From a virus: a stretch of 64,000 nucleotides of DNA. Each line of letters starts with the position of its first letter. Position 1 is the stretch's first letter. Position numbers and translations under genes: made by a program. Below are positions 1 through 9,324 of the stretch, piece after piece. The stretch spans positions 34,007 to 98,006 of IMG/VR virus record IMGVR_UViG_3300009506_000022; one strand, written 5' to 3'. A model generated the notes under the pieces. It did no database searches. It was not told where the DNA came from and worked only from the letters and a program-made list of their open reading frames with translations.

Positions 1-352
1 GCCATTTTTGGATGGAACACCATATGAGGAATATCTTAAGTGGTGGAACCCGTTTTTCAAAAAAGCTAAAGAAGATAAGTTTGTTGCTGAGAAACAAAAA
101 AGAGTTGGTAGCGTAACCTTCGATGAGCGCGATTTGTTGGCTTGCAAAAGAATTGTTCTAGAGTTTTTTTCTCAATGCGTTGTTATCTCCAAAGACGTAA
201 GTCCTTATGATAAAACTTATATTTATTGTTTGTATTCGATGTGGTTTGATTCGCTTCCTTCTGTTCGAGATATGAACCTAGAGGATATTCCTGAATACGA
301 ATGGTTTATTGGTTCTCGTAATGGCGGTCTTATCTGTATGAGGGTGAAATGA
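1..352 (+). CDS. hypothetical protein (probably 5'-partial)
   Basis: The frame of ORF 8..352 is open to the window edge; it overlaps the next gene by ATGA. Confidence 0.5.
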   Translation, partial: PFLDGTPYEEYLKWWNPFFKKAKEDKFVAEKQKRVGSVTFDERDLLACKRIVLEFFSQCVVISKDVSPYDKTYIYCLYSMWFDSLPSVRDMNLEDIPEYEWFIGSRNGGLICMRVK

Positions 353-576
353 GGTTGCAAATAAAAAACTGCAAAGCTTGTCCTTTGTTGGGACAAGAAC
401 TGAATAAAGATGGCGTTATTTCGGTGTGGTGTAATCATCCGAGAACTGCGCAAAAAAAGTATGATAAATATGTGATAGGGGGAAATGTTTTTAGAGGATT
501 TCGAATTGGAGTGCGCAAGCCGCCAAAACAATGTCCATTGTATTATTGTGAGCTCGAGCTGTGTGTGAATAGATAA
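349..576 (+). CDS. small Cys-rich hypothetical protein
   Basis: CKACP...C.HP...CPL pattern; ATGA coupling; SD GAGG upstream. Confidence 0.55.
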   Translation: MRLQIKNCKACPLLGQELNKDGVISVWCNHPRTAQKKYDKYVIGGNVFRGFRIGVRKPPKQCPLYYCELELCVNR

Positions 577-591
577 TAAAGGTTCAAGGAA

Positions 592-807
592 ATGACAAAT
601 AAAGCAGAAATAGCAAAATGGTTGAAAGGTGGTGCTAAGAGATGCGATTCTTCTCTTAGAGTTGGTAAATGTGATATTTGCGGGAAAGCGATTATTAGAG
701 GAAACTATTATTTCTCTCAATCAAGCGGCGTTGCTCACATGGATTGTGTTTTATCTGAGGATGTGATGCAAGAGCTAGAGATAGAACGCGGTGTGCGAAA
801 TGTGTAA
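592..807 (+). CDS. small Zn-finger-like hypothetical protein
   Basis: CDICG...H.DC motif. Confidence 0.55.
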   Translation: MTNKAEIAKWLKGGAKRCDSSLRVGKCDICGKAIIRGNYYFSQSSGVAHMDCVLSEDVMQELEIERGVRNV

Positions 808-904
808 TCCTACCGATAGGTGGCTTTGTTTTGATGCTGCCTGGAAAAAACAAATGAGTTGGCAGGGATATCCTGAAAACTGGAGACCAAACAATAATTT
901 GTTG

Positions 905-967
905 AAGCGAGCCAATCAAGCCTAGCTTCTAAATCTCCCCCCCGGGAAGCGCTTGATTGGCTCGCTT
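905..967 (+). repeat. perfect 17-bp inverted repeat (stem-loop)
   Basis: AAGCGAGCCAATCAAGC (905-921) / GCTTGATTGGCTCGCTT (951-967), just upstream of the SD of the DUF1643 gene. Confidence 0.85.
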
Positions 968-981
968 GAGCGAGGAGTCTT

Positions 982-1488
982 ATGGAAAGAAATGCTGTTA
1001 TCTCTATGTGTGGAAAATATCGCTATTGGTTATCTCGAAAATGGGATGATATTAACGATAACGAAATGGTTTGTTGGGTGATGTTGAATCCAAGTATTGC
1101 AGATGGAAATGTTGACGATCCAACAATCAGGAAATGTATTGGGTTCAGCAAACAAATAGGATCTGGCGGACTTCAGGTTGTAAATCTTTTTGCGTATCGA
1201 GCGACGAATCCAAGAGAACTTTTGAATGTTCGCGATCCAGTTGGTGTACAGAACTGTAGATGGTTGCGAGATATTCTTCTCAAAAGCAACAAGGTTATTT
1301 TTGCATGGGGTTCTAATGGAGGAAAGAAAAAGCTTATAGATGTAGGTCCTCTTATTTTAATAAACAACATAGTTTTGTTACAAAACATGCAAGAAAAATT
1401 TTTTCGTTTTGGTCTTACCAAAAACGGTCAACCACTTCATCCGCTTATGTTGCCGTATAGTAGCAAACTAGAGAGGGTTTATGAGTGA
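982..1488 (+). CDS. DUF1643 family protein
   Basis: S.CGKYRYWLSRKW, MLNPSIA, DDPTIRKC, VNLFAYRATNP, AWG, G.PLHPL signature motifs. Confidence 0.9.
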   Translation: MERNAVISMCGKYRYWLSRKWDDINDNEMVCWVMLNPSIADGNVDDPTIRKCIGFSKQIGSGGLQVVNLFAYRATNPRELLNVRDPVGVQNCRWLRDILLKSNKVIFAWGSNGGKKKLIDVGPLILINNIVLLQNMQEKFFRFGLTKNGQPLHPLMLPYSSKLERVYE

Positions 1489-3451
1489 ACTTATAGAAGG
1501 GTTAAACGACAGACAACAAGAAGTTGTTTATCATGATCAAGGACCAATACTTGTTGGAGCTGGCGCTGGTAGTGGGAAAACGCAAGTCTTGATTAGAAGA
1601 GTCGGATATCTCGTTATAGAAAGAGATGTTGATCCGACTAGGATTCTTGCTGTGACTTTCAGCAAAAGTGGCGCTGAGGAAATGCAAGAACGACTTGATT
1701 CTCTTATTGGAGAGAGTGGAGCCAGGATTGGAACATTTCATTCTTTAGCATATGAGATCATCAAACACGAAAATTCAGAATATCGAACATGGATTGTTGA
1801 TGACAAAAATAGATATCGTGTTTGTATCAAGGAAGCCGTTGGTTATAAAGGAATCAAATGGAACAATGCAGATGTCAATATTCTGGAGCGTTTTATTGAA
1901 ATCTGTAAAGCTTATGGTGCGCGACCTGGTTCAGCGAAAGCTTTAGAGATAGCACGAAGTTTTGCAAAAAAGAAGCCTAGCTTATCTACGATTCCGGTAA
2001 AAATGATTATGGCTTATGATGAAGCGGAAGGGATTCGAGAATCTAAGCGTCTCATTTGTTTTGACGACATGTTGCTGGAAGCCGTTGAGTTGCTCACGAA
2101 CAAGCTTATTTGTAAACATTGGGCGAATAAATACGACTACATTTTACAAGATGAAGCTCAAGATCAAAACTGGTGTCAGTTTCAAATAGGCGAGCTTCTT
2201 GCCAAAGAACATCGCAACTACATGCTGGTTGGCGATCCTTGTCAAACCATATACTCATTTCGTGGTGTTGAGGTAAAGAGATTTTTTGAGCTAAGAGATC
2301 GATGGAATGCAAAGTTCATTTCGATGAACCGAAATTATCGAAGTGGACAATCGATTATTTCTAGTGCCAATTCGTTGTTGCGAAACATGGATCCTAAAAT
2401 AGCCTTGAGCGAAATGGTTTGTGAACGATCTGTTGATAGCGAAGTTTCGGTTGTTAGTTACGCAACGCTGGACGAAGAAGGAAACGGCATTGCGAATCAG
2501 ATCAAACAGTTGTTGAGTGATGGAGAACAACCTAAGAATATTGCTGTGTTGTATCGCACCAACGCGCAGTCTAGAGCACCAGAGGAATCGTTGATTTCTG
2601 CTGGTGTTCCATATCAAGTCATAGGGAGTATAAACTTCTATGAACGTAAAGAGGTCAAACATCTTCTATCTTATTTGAGATTAGCGGCTCTTAGGGGTAG
2701 TTTCCAAGATGTTGCTGGTTCAATAAATAGTCCATTTCGATTTCTTGGGAAGAAGTTTCTTGAAAGGGTAGAGAAGGCATCATCGAAAGGCAAAAAGATA
2801 GCTGATTGGCCAGGTCTTGTTCAAGACGTTTGCAAACAGGCTGGCCTTCAATACAGGCAGAAACAGAGCGCTGAAGAATGGATCGATTTAGTTCGTGAGA
2901 TGACGGCTCGAGCGATAATAAATCAAACAGAAGAGTGTACGCCAGAGGATTTAGAAGAAGCGAAACCAGCTTCGATCCTTTCCGATATTGTACGCGAAAC
3001 AAAATATAAAGAATGGCTGAAACAAGAAGAGGGCGATGAGACTCCAGACAACAGTAGGGTTTCGAATGTCATGGAGATGATTCGCGCCGCAAGCCGCTTC
3101 GATACTGTTGACGCTCTTTTGGATTATGTCGATATGACACTAGAGGCTTCAAAGACCAGTTCTAAAAACGGCGGAGGACCAAACAAAGTTACGTTGTGTT
3201 CGATCCATCGTTCGAAGGGTTTGGAATGGGCGAATGTTTTTATCGCTGGAGTATGCGAAAAGATTCTTCCTCATGGTAGATGCGAAGATATTGAAGAGGA
3301 ACGTAGGATTTTTTACGTTGGGATTACGAGAGCTCAAGAGCGGTTGGCGATAAGCGCTGTAAGAAAGATTGCCGTTGGGGGAGACATGATAGAGGTTGAA
3401 CCGAGTCGATTCATCAAAGAGATCGGTGGCGAAATAAAACAAGAAGGGTGA
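1481..3451 (+). CDS. UvrD/PcrA-like SF1 DNA helicase
   Basis: AGAGSGKT, TFHSL, DEAQD, VGDPCQTIYSFRG, NYRS, LYRTNAQS, IHRSKGLEW, EERRIFYVGITRA. Confidence 0.95.
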   Translation: MSELIEGLNDRQQEVVYHDQGPILVGAGAGSGKTQVLIRRVGYLVIERDVDPTRILAVTFSKSGAEEMQERLDSLIGESGARIGTFHSLAYEIIKHENSEYRTWIVDDKNRYRVCIKEAVGYKGIKWNNADVNILERFIEICKAYGARPGSAKALEIARSFAKKKPSLSTIPVKMIMAYDEAEGIRESKRLICFDDMLLEAVELLTNKLICKHWANKYDYILQDEAQDQNWCQFQIGELLAKEHRNYMLVGDPCQTIYSFRGVEVKRFFELRDRWNAKFISMNRNYRSGQSIISSANSLLRNMDPKIALSEMVCERSVDSEVSVVSYATLDEEGNGIANQIKQLLSDGEQPKNIAVLYRTNAQSRAPEESLISAGVPYQVIGSINFYERKEVKHLLSYLRLAALRGSFQDVAGSINSPFRFLGKKFLERVEKASSKGKKIADWPGLVQDVCKQAGLQYRQKQSAEEWIDLVREMTARAIINQTEECTPEDLEEAKPASILSDIVRETKYKEWLKQEEGDETPDNSRVSNVMEMIRAASRFDTVDALLDYVDMTLEASKTSSKNGGGPNKVTLCSIHRSKGLEWANVFIAGVCEKILPHGRCEDIEEERRIFYVGITRAQERLAISAVRKIAVGGDMIEVEPSRFIKEIGGEIKQEG

Positions 3452-3458
3452 AAGCTGT

Positions 3459-3734
3459 ATGAGAGAAAAACTAAAGAAGCGTGTCAGAGATGCTGTTATG
3501 GCTTGTGCTGGTAGGATGAAAGCCAAAAGGCTTTATTTAGAATTTGAGAGAGCCAGCGATGCTCCAACGGCAAGGATGAAAGAATCCGATATCAAGAAGG
3601 TTCTTGATGCCATGATGTCTACATCGAAAGGAAGAATCAAACTTTTTATGTTGGCCTATCTTGGCTTGCAGGTTTGCGATAACGAGATTCAAAAATTGGA
3701 ACGAGGAAGCGACAATCTCCTGATGGGAGATTGA
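3459..3734 (+). CDS. hypothetical protein
   Basis: ORF in a tightly packed operon. Confidence 0.55.
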   Translation: MREKLKKRVRDAVMACAGRMKAKRLYLEFERASDAPTARMKESDIKKVLDAMMSTSKGRIKLFMLAYLGLQVCDNEIQKLERGSDNLLMGD

Positions 3735-3751
3735 GAAAGGAAAATATAGAT

Positions 3752-4099
3752 ATGTCAAATGACGCAAGAGAAATGATGAAACCGTTATCTACAGATGAGG
3801 TTCGCAATCTGTTGACATCAACTCTTCATGGATCACCTCCACACAAAACGCTGATGAGAATCTTTGCAACTCTTGCGGCGTGGTCGTCTTTGGAGGAAAA
3901 CGAACGTGTTGTTTTTGAAGCGATTCAGTCTATTTGTGAATCGTTGAAGCATGCTCATCAAGGTTCTGAAATGATGCTTCAACAAATAGAACGAAAGGAT
4001 TATAAGGCGCTTCTAGAAACCGGCAAGGCAGCGAAAGCGGCAATGAGTGAACTTGTTCGAGTGACAGCCGAACTTTTGAAATTGAGACAGAAAAGTTGA
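3752..4099 (+). CDS. hypothetical protein
   Basis: ATG at 3752 after AAGGA; helical C-terminus. Confidence 0.55.
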   Translation: MSNDAREMMKPLSTDEVRNLLTSTLHGSPPHKTLMRIFATLAAWSSLEENERVVFEAIQSICESLKHAHQGSEMMLQQIERKDYKALLETGKAAKAAMSELVRVTAELLKLRQKS

Positions 4100-4452
4100 T
4101 GGATAAACCTACATATCTGATCTCTCTGTTTGGGTGGGAGGGGTTCTGGCCGCTTTTTCTGAAAGATGATTACGAGGAAGCAAAACGGATTGTCGAAGAT
4201 GTTGTCAAAAAGCAAGGTGTTCCAGAGGATACAGTTGGCTATTGCGTTACATGTTTTGATCGTAGCGATATTGCGCTTGGCGATATCTTTTATCAATGCA
4301 AAGAGGATCCTTCAGAAAACCCAGATTGGAGAAAGCCTGGTTGTTCTCAATGGGAATGGGATTCGGTTCCTTATCATTCTCGTCCTCGAGAAGAATGCAC
4401 TTGGTGGCGCTCTTTTGTTGTGGATGCTAAAATAGATATTGAGGAAAAATAA
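4099..4452 (+). CDS. hypothetical protein
   Basis: TGATG coupling with upstream gene. Confidence 0.55.
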   Translation: MDKPTYLISLFGWEGFWPLFLKDDYEEAKRIVEDVVKKQGVPEDTVGYCVTCFDRSDIALGDIFYQCKEDPSENPDWRKPGCSQWEWDSVPYHSRPREECTWWRSFVVDAKIDIEEK

Positions 4453-4661
4453 TGAGTTGTCTGAAGCAATGGAAGGTTGGGCGTCGTGTTCTTGGTTTGA
4501 TGGCAAGTGGGGTGGTTGTTATCGCAGAACGGAGAGATGGGGGTGGTTTTCCAGATGAGCAATTTACACTTGCGAGTGGACTTCCAGGTTTGATTGCAAT
4601 ACGGGATACGTTGAATGAAGTTATAGACGAGATAAAATCTCGTAGAAAACAAAAGGAGTAG
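4452..4661 (+). CDS. hypothetical protein
   Basis: TAATG coupling; GAGG SD. Confidence 0.5.
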   Translation: MSCLKQWKVGRRVLGLMASGVVVIAERRDGGGFPDEQFTLASGLPGLIAIRDTLNEVIDEIKSRRKQKE

Positions 4662-4663
4662 TC

Positions 4664-4921
4664 ATGGTAGAGATATTCATAAACAGGTTGGTTCAGAAGA
4701 TAAACATGTTGAACCTTTTTTTGGTGAACAACGTAGTTGTTGAGCAAGACGAAGATATTCCAACAATTATCATTATCAAGGTGTATCTTTCGAAGTGGGG
4801 ATATTTTTTCTTCGGATTGATACAGTGGTTTGTGAAAAGGAAGCTTGCTGCGGTTGCTTTAGATCTTCCTGAAGATTTTCAGGTTACCATCGAAGCGACC
4901 TATCAATCCCCAAAGAAATGA
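4664..4921 (+). CDS. hypothetical protein
   Basis: AGGAG SD; operon packing. Confidence 0.55.
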   Translation: MVEIFINRLVQKINMLNLFLVNNVVVEQDEDIPTIIIIKVYLSKWGYFFFGLIQWFVKRKLAAVALDLPEDFQVTIEATYQSPKK

Positions 4922-5214
4922 GGCGATTGGTTACATCGAACTCTTTTACACGTAGTCAAGTTCGTTTGATTGTTAGATTGTTTAATGCGTTACTTCAAGG
5001 TCGCGATGTAACGTTTTACTTTCGAAGTCCAGATTTTGGCGCCGTGTTTGAAAAGTTCAAAACGATGTATGATAAGTGGGAAGAAAACGAAAGAAAGAAG
5101 TTTGCCAAAAGAAAAAATAAAAATATCCATAATATTAGGGCAAAGGATGAAAACCCTAAGGAACCGCAAGGGGTTGACAGCTTACCAACTTGCGAGAATG
5201 ACAGGGATATCTAG
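4918..5214 (+). CDS. hypothetical protein
   Basis: ATGA coupling; 3' end overlaps the HTH gene. Confidence 0.5.
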   Translation: MRRLVTSNSFTRSQVRLIVRLFNALLQGRDVTFYFRSPDFGAVFEKFKTMYDKWEENERKKFAKRKNKNIHNIRAKDENPKEPQGVDSLPTCENDRDI

Positions 5215-5341
5215 GGATGACATATCTAGAATGGAAAATGGATGGGTATGTCCTACTATAAATAAGTTATATAAAGTGTCTATTGCCCTTTGTGTTCCGA
5301 TATCTGAGATTGTTTGTGTGCTTGAAGGGATTGAACTGTGA
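5069..5341 (+). CDS. XRE-family helix-turn-helix transcriptional regulator (start uncertain)
   Basis: LGQRMKTLRNRKGLTAYQLARMTGISRDDISRMENG..CPTINKLYKVS..L is a canonical HTH_3 pattern. Confidence 0.85.
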   Translation: MISGKKTKERSLPKEKIKISIILGQRMKTLRNRKGLTAYQLARMTGISRDDISRMENGWVCPTINKLYKVSIALCVPISEIVCVLEGIEL

Positions 5342-5739
5342 AAATAATCATTGCGGGAATCAGAACTTTAACTGATTATTCTATCGTTTGTCGCGCTGTT
5401 GAAATCAGTGGGCTCAAAATCTCTATGGTTGTGAGTGGTTTGGATGACGAGATAGAAAAAAGGAGCGTTCAAGGATTTAGAATTAGAGGCGTTGACGCTT
5501 TAGGTGTTCGTTGGGCAAAACAACACAAGATTCCTTTTATTGTTTTTCCTCCCAATTGGAATCGATATGGAAAACGAGCTGGACCAAAGAGAAACAGAGA
5601 GATGGCGGTTTACGCCAACGGCTTGATTGCTATTTGGAACGGTCGAAGCGATGGAACGAAAGATATGATTGATGCGATGTATAACAAAAAGAAACCGATA
5701 TTTGTTTACAGTTTGTCTTGTGACGAACAATTGGTTTGA
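5338..5739 (+). CDS. SLOG-superfamily (DUF2493/YspA-like) protein
   Basis: KIIIAG.R, VVSG, GVDALG..WA, F...WN.YGKRAGPKRNREM, AIWNG.S.GTKDMI. Confidence 0.85.
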   Translation: MKIIIAGIRTLTDYSIVCRAVEISGLKISMVVSGLDDEIEKRSVQGFRIRGVDALGVRWAKQHKIPFIVFPPNWNRYGKRAGPKRNREMAVYANGLIAIWNGRSDGTKDMIDAMYNKKKPIFVYSLSCDEQLV

Positions 5740-5750
5740 TCGGAGATATC

Positions 5751-6080
5751 ATGAAAAAGAGGATTCGAGATCTAATCGACAGTGATATATCTTATGAAGT
5801 TCCAAGACATGTTCTTGGCCATTTTTTGCAGCTTAGCCATTATACGAAGTTTGAGCGGAAGCTTGAACTTGTTTTTCAGAACTATCTTGGTCGAACTTTC
5901 AACGATTCTACGGTCAATGATTTGGTAGATAGGATTAGAAATATTTGGTCTAGAATGTATATAGAAGGCATGGTCGATTGTCCTGTTGATGAAATGCCAC
6001 TCTATAAAATTGAGTTTGACCATGATCGAAACCTAGTTTTCTCTTGGAATGACGAAGGGGATAGCAATGAAACACACTGA
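5751..6080 (+). CDS. hypothetical protein
   Basis: GGAG SD before ATG 5751. Confidence 0.55.
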   Translation: MKKRIRDLIDSDISYEVPRHVLGHFLQLSHYTKFERKLELVFQNYLGRTFNDSTVNDLVDRIRNIWSRMYIEGMVDCPVDEMPLYKIEFDHDRNLVFSWNDEGDSNETH

Positions 6081-6537
6081 AGGGTTTTGCCATATGGAAT
6101 ATAGTTCTGAATGTGGAAAGAAAATTAGCATTTGGAATAGTCGAGATGGCGTTACACCATTTATTTGTTTTATAGAAGGGGTTGAATATAAACATTCGAA
6201 TTGGAATAACGATAAGCAAAACGCTAGTTATATTCCAAGGGTTGGAGACTACCTTTTTGTTGATTCCACTCTTGAAGATTTGATAGACGAACGTTTTATC
6301 TGGTGGGATACTAACGCTAATTCGATAGATTCGTTTGCTGTGAAAACCTTTCATGCTCACTACGGTTATGATCGGAATAAAACGTGTCGCCTTCTTGCTG
6401 AGGAAGATTTAATTCGAAACGGTGAACCTCCACCACATCTTTTGGTGGCAACAAAAGATTTTGTTCGAGGATGGATTTGTCATAAACAAATGCTTATTAC
6501 CGCCATGGATAGTATTCAAAAAAAATATAAAATATAA
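6067..6537 (+). CDS. hypothetical protein
   Basis: GGGG SD; H.EGFC.M.Y...IWNSRDGVTPF segment. Confidence 0.6.
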   Translation: MKHTEGFCHMEYSSECGKKISIWNSRDGVTPFICFIEGVEYKHSNWNNDKQNASYIPRVGDYLFVDSTLEDLIDERFIWWDTNANSIDSFAVKTFHAHYGYDRNKTCRLLAEEDLIRNGEPPPHLLVATKDFVRGWICHKQMLITAMDSIQKKYKI

Positions 6538-6550
6538 GAAAGTGGTTAAG

Positions 6551-6859
6551 ATGAAGATAATAAACGGAGAACATGATTCAAAAGATAATGAAAGAGTTCC
6601 TTTTTCCACTTTGAAGCCTGGTGACTTTTTTATCCATTCTTCGCGTGTTTTGGTGAAGGTAGATAAAGATATTTATCAAATCGAACATGAAAAAGAGGAT
6701 GGTGCATCTCATAGCTTCAAGCTTGTCTCTGCTGTTCGTATTGGTCATATAGATGATCCAGAAGAATCAAGAAAGATTGCTGGAAAAACAAGTAACATTG
6801 GACAAGACACTAAAGTAAAGTTGGTTGACAATATCGCCGCGATGTATCTAAAAGGGTAG
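6551..6859 (+). CDS. hypothetical protein
   Basis: ATG 6551 after the preceding stop; FSTLKPGDFF segment. Confidence 0.55.
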   Translation: MKIINGEHDSKDNERVPFSTLKPGDFFIHSSRVLVKVDKDIYQIEHEKEDGASHSFKLVSAVRIGHIDDPEESRKIAGKTSNIGQDTKVKLVDNIAAMYLKG

Positions 6860-7113
6860 TGATGAAGAAAGCCAAGACGTTGTTTCCTCTTGATTGCAAG
6901 CCAACTTTTGTTGACTCTATCGAAGTTGGCGATCTCAAGTTATTTGAGAAGACTCTTGGAAACAATGTCTTGAAAAAAAATGATGGGCTTCGACCAACCC
7001 CTCTTGCAGTAAGGGTCGTTGAAAACAAAGGGGTTCCAAAGAACGTTGCGGTTCTTTGTGATAGCAAGGGGAATGTGATCGTTCAGTGTTGTTTTTGTGA
7101 ATCTGAAGAGTGA
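6859..7113 (+). CDS. hypothetical protein
   Basis: Coupled to the previous stop codon. Confidence 0.5.
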   Translation: MMKKAKTLFPLDCKPTFVDSIEVGDLKLFEKTLGNNVLKKNDGLRPTPLAVRVVENKGVPKNVAVLCDSKGNVIVQCCFCESEE

Positions 7114-7157
7114 TCTTTTTGAAACAAAAACGGAAACGATTTTTTATAAAAAAAGTG

Positions 7158-7185
7158 TTGTTATTTAGCTTCTAATCTATATTAT
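7158..7185 (+). promoter_or_regulatory. putative sigma70-like promoter
   Basis: TTGTTA-N16-TATTAT with an A/T-rich upstream tract. Confidence 0.4.
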
Positions 7186-7231
7186 TGGCGGCGTAGTTAG
7201 CAGTTCCACAACCAACAAATAGGAGGAATCG

Positions 7232-8143
7232 ATGGGAACCGCACACGCCAATATTTGGCTAAGAAATGCTAATTGTGAGTTGTTGCCGAATGTCTGGAGA
7301 ACAGATCTTGTAATACAGGGTTGTCCAGGTTCATATTTGGTCGATCTTTTTCCAGAGGTCATAGACCAGCTGAAAGAACGATATAGCACCTCAGCTTCGA
7401 TGATATGCACTACTGATTTTCCTTTAGGGACCGATCAAGCTGGAAAGACTTTAGGCCTTACTTTTGGTTCTGGAAGCGTTCAGAACCTGGCTTTTAGCGC
7501 TCCAGCGATGAAGCTTGAGGAGATCGTTGGTCAGATGAAAGCTTTCTTCAAAGATTGCGAAATCGCTGTGATTGACGGAAGCATTGTTGTCAAAACCACA
7601 GAACATGGTCCTGGTGTTTCGATTACGGTTAGTGGCGATAGCGATTTGACCTGGAGCACAGTGAAGGATGGAGAAGGATATAAGATCGTATCTCATTTCT
7701 ATCAGAATGCGAAACGGATCATGTTGATGCCACCTTCTGGAGAAAACATCAATCATATAGAAGTGGATATTCCGCCTGGTTGCTATCGTGTTTGGACTCG
7801 TGTTTGTCATGGCAACAATGAGGAAACTTCGATTCAGATGATAAATCCAAGATGTGGGGAGGAAGTATGTGTGAACCTATTGCTTCCAACGATTGAAACG
7901 TGTTCAGCTCACCTGGTTCATCCTCTTATGGATCACATTGTGGTCAACCAGAAGTTTGATAACGATGCGAATCGTGTCATGATTTTTCGCGGCTTGATCT
8001 ATGGTGCTCAGTTGGCGAAACAGGTTGTTCTGGATCAACTTGCTTATCGATTAGAGGAAGCTGAGGATAAAAACGACACCGATCTGCAAGCTCGAGTTAA
8101 TGCTGTTATTGCGTTGGCTAACCAGCTTCCAGATTGTTATTGA
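7232..8143 (+). CDS. hypothetical 303-aa protein in a stand-alone (moron-like) cassette
   Basis: Strong SD AGGAGG; own promoter and terminator; Cys-rich. Confidence 0.8.
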   Translation: MGTAHANIWLRNANCELLPNVWRTDLVIQGCPGSYLVDLFPEVIDQLKERYSTSASMICTTDFPLGTDQAGKTLGLTFGSGSVQNLAFSAPAMKLEEIVGQMKAFFKDCEIAVIDGSIVVKTTEHGPGVSITVSGDSDLTWSTVKDGEGYKIVSHFYQNAKRIMLMPPSGENINHIEVDIPPGCYRVWTRVCHGNNEETSIQMINPRCGEEVCVNLLLPTIETCSAHLVHPLMDHIVVNQKFDNDANRVMIFRGLIYGAQLAKQVVLDQLAYRLEEAEDKNDTDLQARVNAVIALANQLPDCY

Positions 8144-8164
8144 TATCTGAAACAATAGCTTGAG

Positions 8165-8194
8165 ATAGGGCGGGTTTTCCCGCCCTATTTTTTT
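8165..8194 (+). terminator. Rho-independent terminator
   Basis: ATAGGGCGGG-TTTT-CCCGCCCTAT followed by a T-tract. Confidence 0.9.
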
Positions 8195-8247
8195 GGCGAC
8201 TTATCTTACATCAGAATATAAAAATAGTGATAAAACAAAATAAAGTG

Positions 8248-8276
8248 TTGCATCAACAAAAGAGATGGTTCATATT
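8248..8276 (+). promoter_or_regulatory. putative early sigma70-like promoter
   Basis: TTGCAT-N17-CATATT, A-rich UP element, ATG 6 nt after the -10 box. Confidence 0.6.
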
Positions 8277-8282
8277 TAAAAC

Positions 8283-8525
8283 ATGACAACAACAAGAGGA
8301 AAAGAAAGCATGATGAAAAGAATAGGAACTGTGGTTGTTGGAAGAGATCTTGTTGGCGGCAAATGGGAGAGAACAGAACTTGGTCGTTACAAAACAGAAA
8401 AGGCCGCGAGATTCGCTTATTATCGCAGACATCAATATGCGAACTTTTCAAATATCGATGTTGAACCCATTTATACATTTGCTGGAAGTGATTGTTCTTC
8501 CGATCCTTTTGCTATTTTTAACTGA
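8283..8525 (+). CDS. hypothetical protein (alternative start 8310)
   Basis: First ORF after the promoter. Confidence 0.55.
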   Translation: MTTTRGKESMMKRIGTVVVGRDLVGGKWERTELGRYKTEKAARFAYYRRHQYANFSNIDVEPIYTFAGSDCSSDPFAIFN

Positions 8526-8539
8526 TTGTGGGGGTAGAT

Positions 8540-9082
8540 ATGCATCCGAAAAAGATTGATAGATTCATTAAGCTTGTTGCGAGAGAGTTGAATAAAGCTG
8601 GTGTTTATTCTCCGAAAGCTGAGAATAAAGCGCGCGATATCGTATATGCTAGTGTCAATGGAATGAAGCTTACTCGTTATGTTGTTGCGGATTTTTTGAA
8701 ACCTGTCGGCAAAAATAAACTTGGCGAAATCGAAAATAGTTTTCTTCGCGCTAAAGTTGCGATCGATGTTTCGAGGATTTGGATTTACATGACTTCAGAT
8801 ACTGCAAACAATGCGTGTTTGAGATTGCATCTCGATACGATGATGACAAAAAAAGCTGCTGCAAAATGGTTGTTAAAGAAAGGGTTTATTTCTGAGTTGA
8901 TTTATGACTCTTTCATTCTTGATCATTATCATGGTGGTGTTGATGGCAATCCGGTTGTTAAAGACGACCAAACTAGTCTGGAAATCGATTTTGGCAAACA
9001 GCTCAAGAAAGATCCGAGACGAGGGTTGAATCATTCTGTTCGCAAGCTTAATCTAAAAAGGAGGGAGCTAAGCGGAGCATAA
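8540..9082 (+). CDS. hypothetical protein
   Basis: GGGGG SD, 180 aa. Confidence 0.65.
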   Translation: MHPKKIDRFIKLVARELNKAGVYSPKAENKARDIVYASVNGMKLTRYVVADFLKPVGKNKLGEIENSFLRAKVAIDVSRIWIYMTSDTANNACLRLHLDTMMTKKAAAKWLLKKGFISELIYDSFILDHYHGGVDGNPVVKDDQTSLEIDFGKQLKKDPRRGLNHSVRKLNLKRRELSGA

Positions 9083-9101
9083 AAACAAGATTGGGGGAAA
9101 A

Positions 9102-9302
9102 ATGACGCAATATCAGTTGAGACAGATCGCCAAAAAAATAAGGAATGGAAACGCAAGAGTTGAGGGGAAAACATGTGATGGTTCTTGGTGGACAGAGGGA
9201 GAGCATTTTTGGATTATCACAGATTTCGAGACACAATCAACGCTTCATGTTCCTGTTAGTATGAGACCAACATGGGGAAGGTATGTTTGTTCCGACAATT
9301 AA
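9102..9302 (+). CDS. hypothetical protein
   Basis: GGGGG SD. Confidence 0.55.
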   Translation: MTQYQLRQIAKKIRNGNARVEGKTCDGSWWTEGEHFWIITDFETQSTLHVPVSMRPTWGRYVCSDN

Positions 9303-9324
9303 CTATACGAATAAAGGGGTAGAA

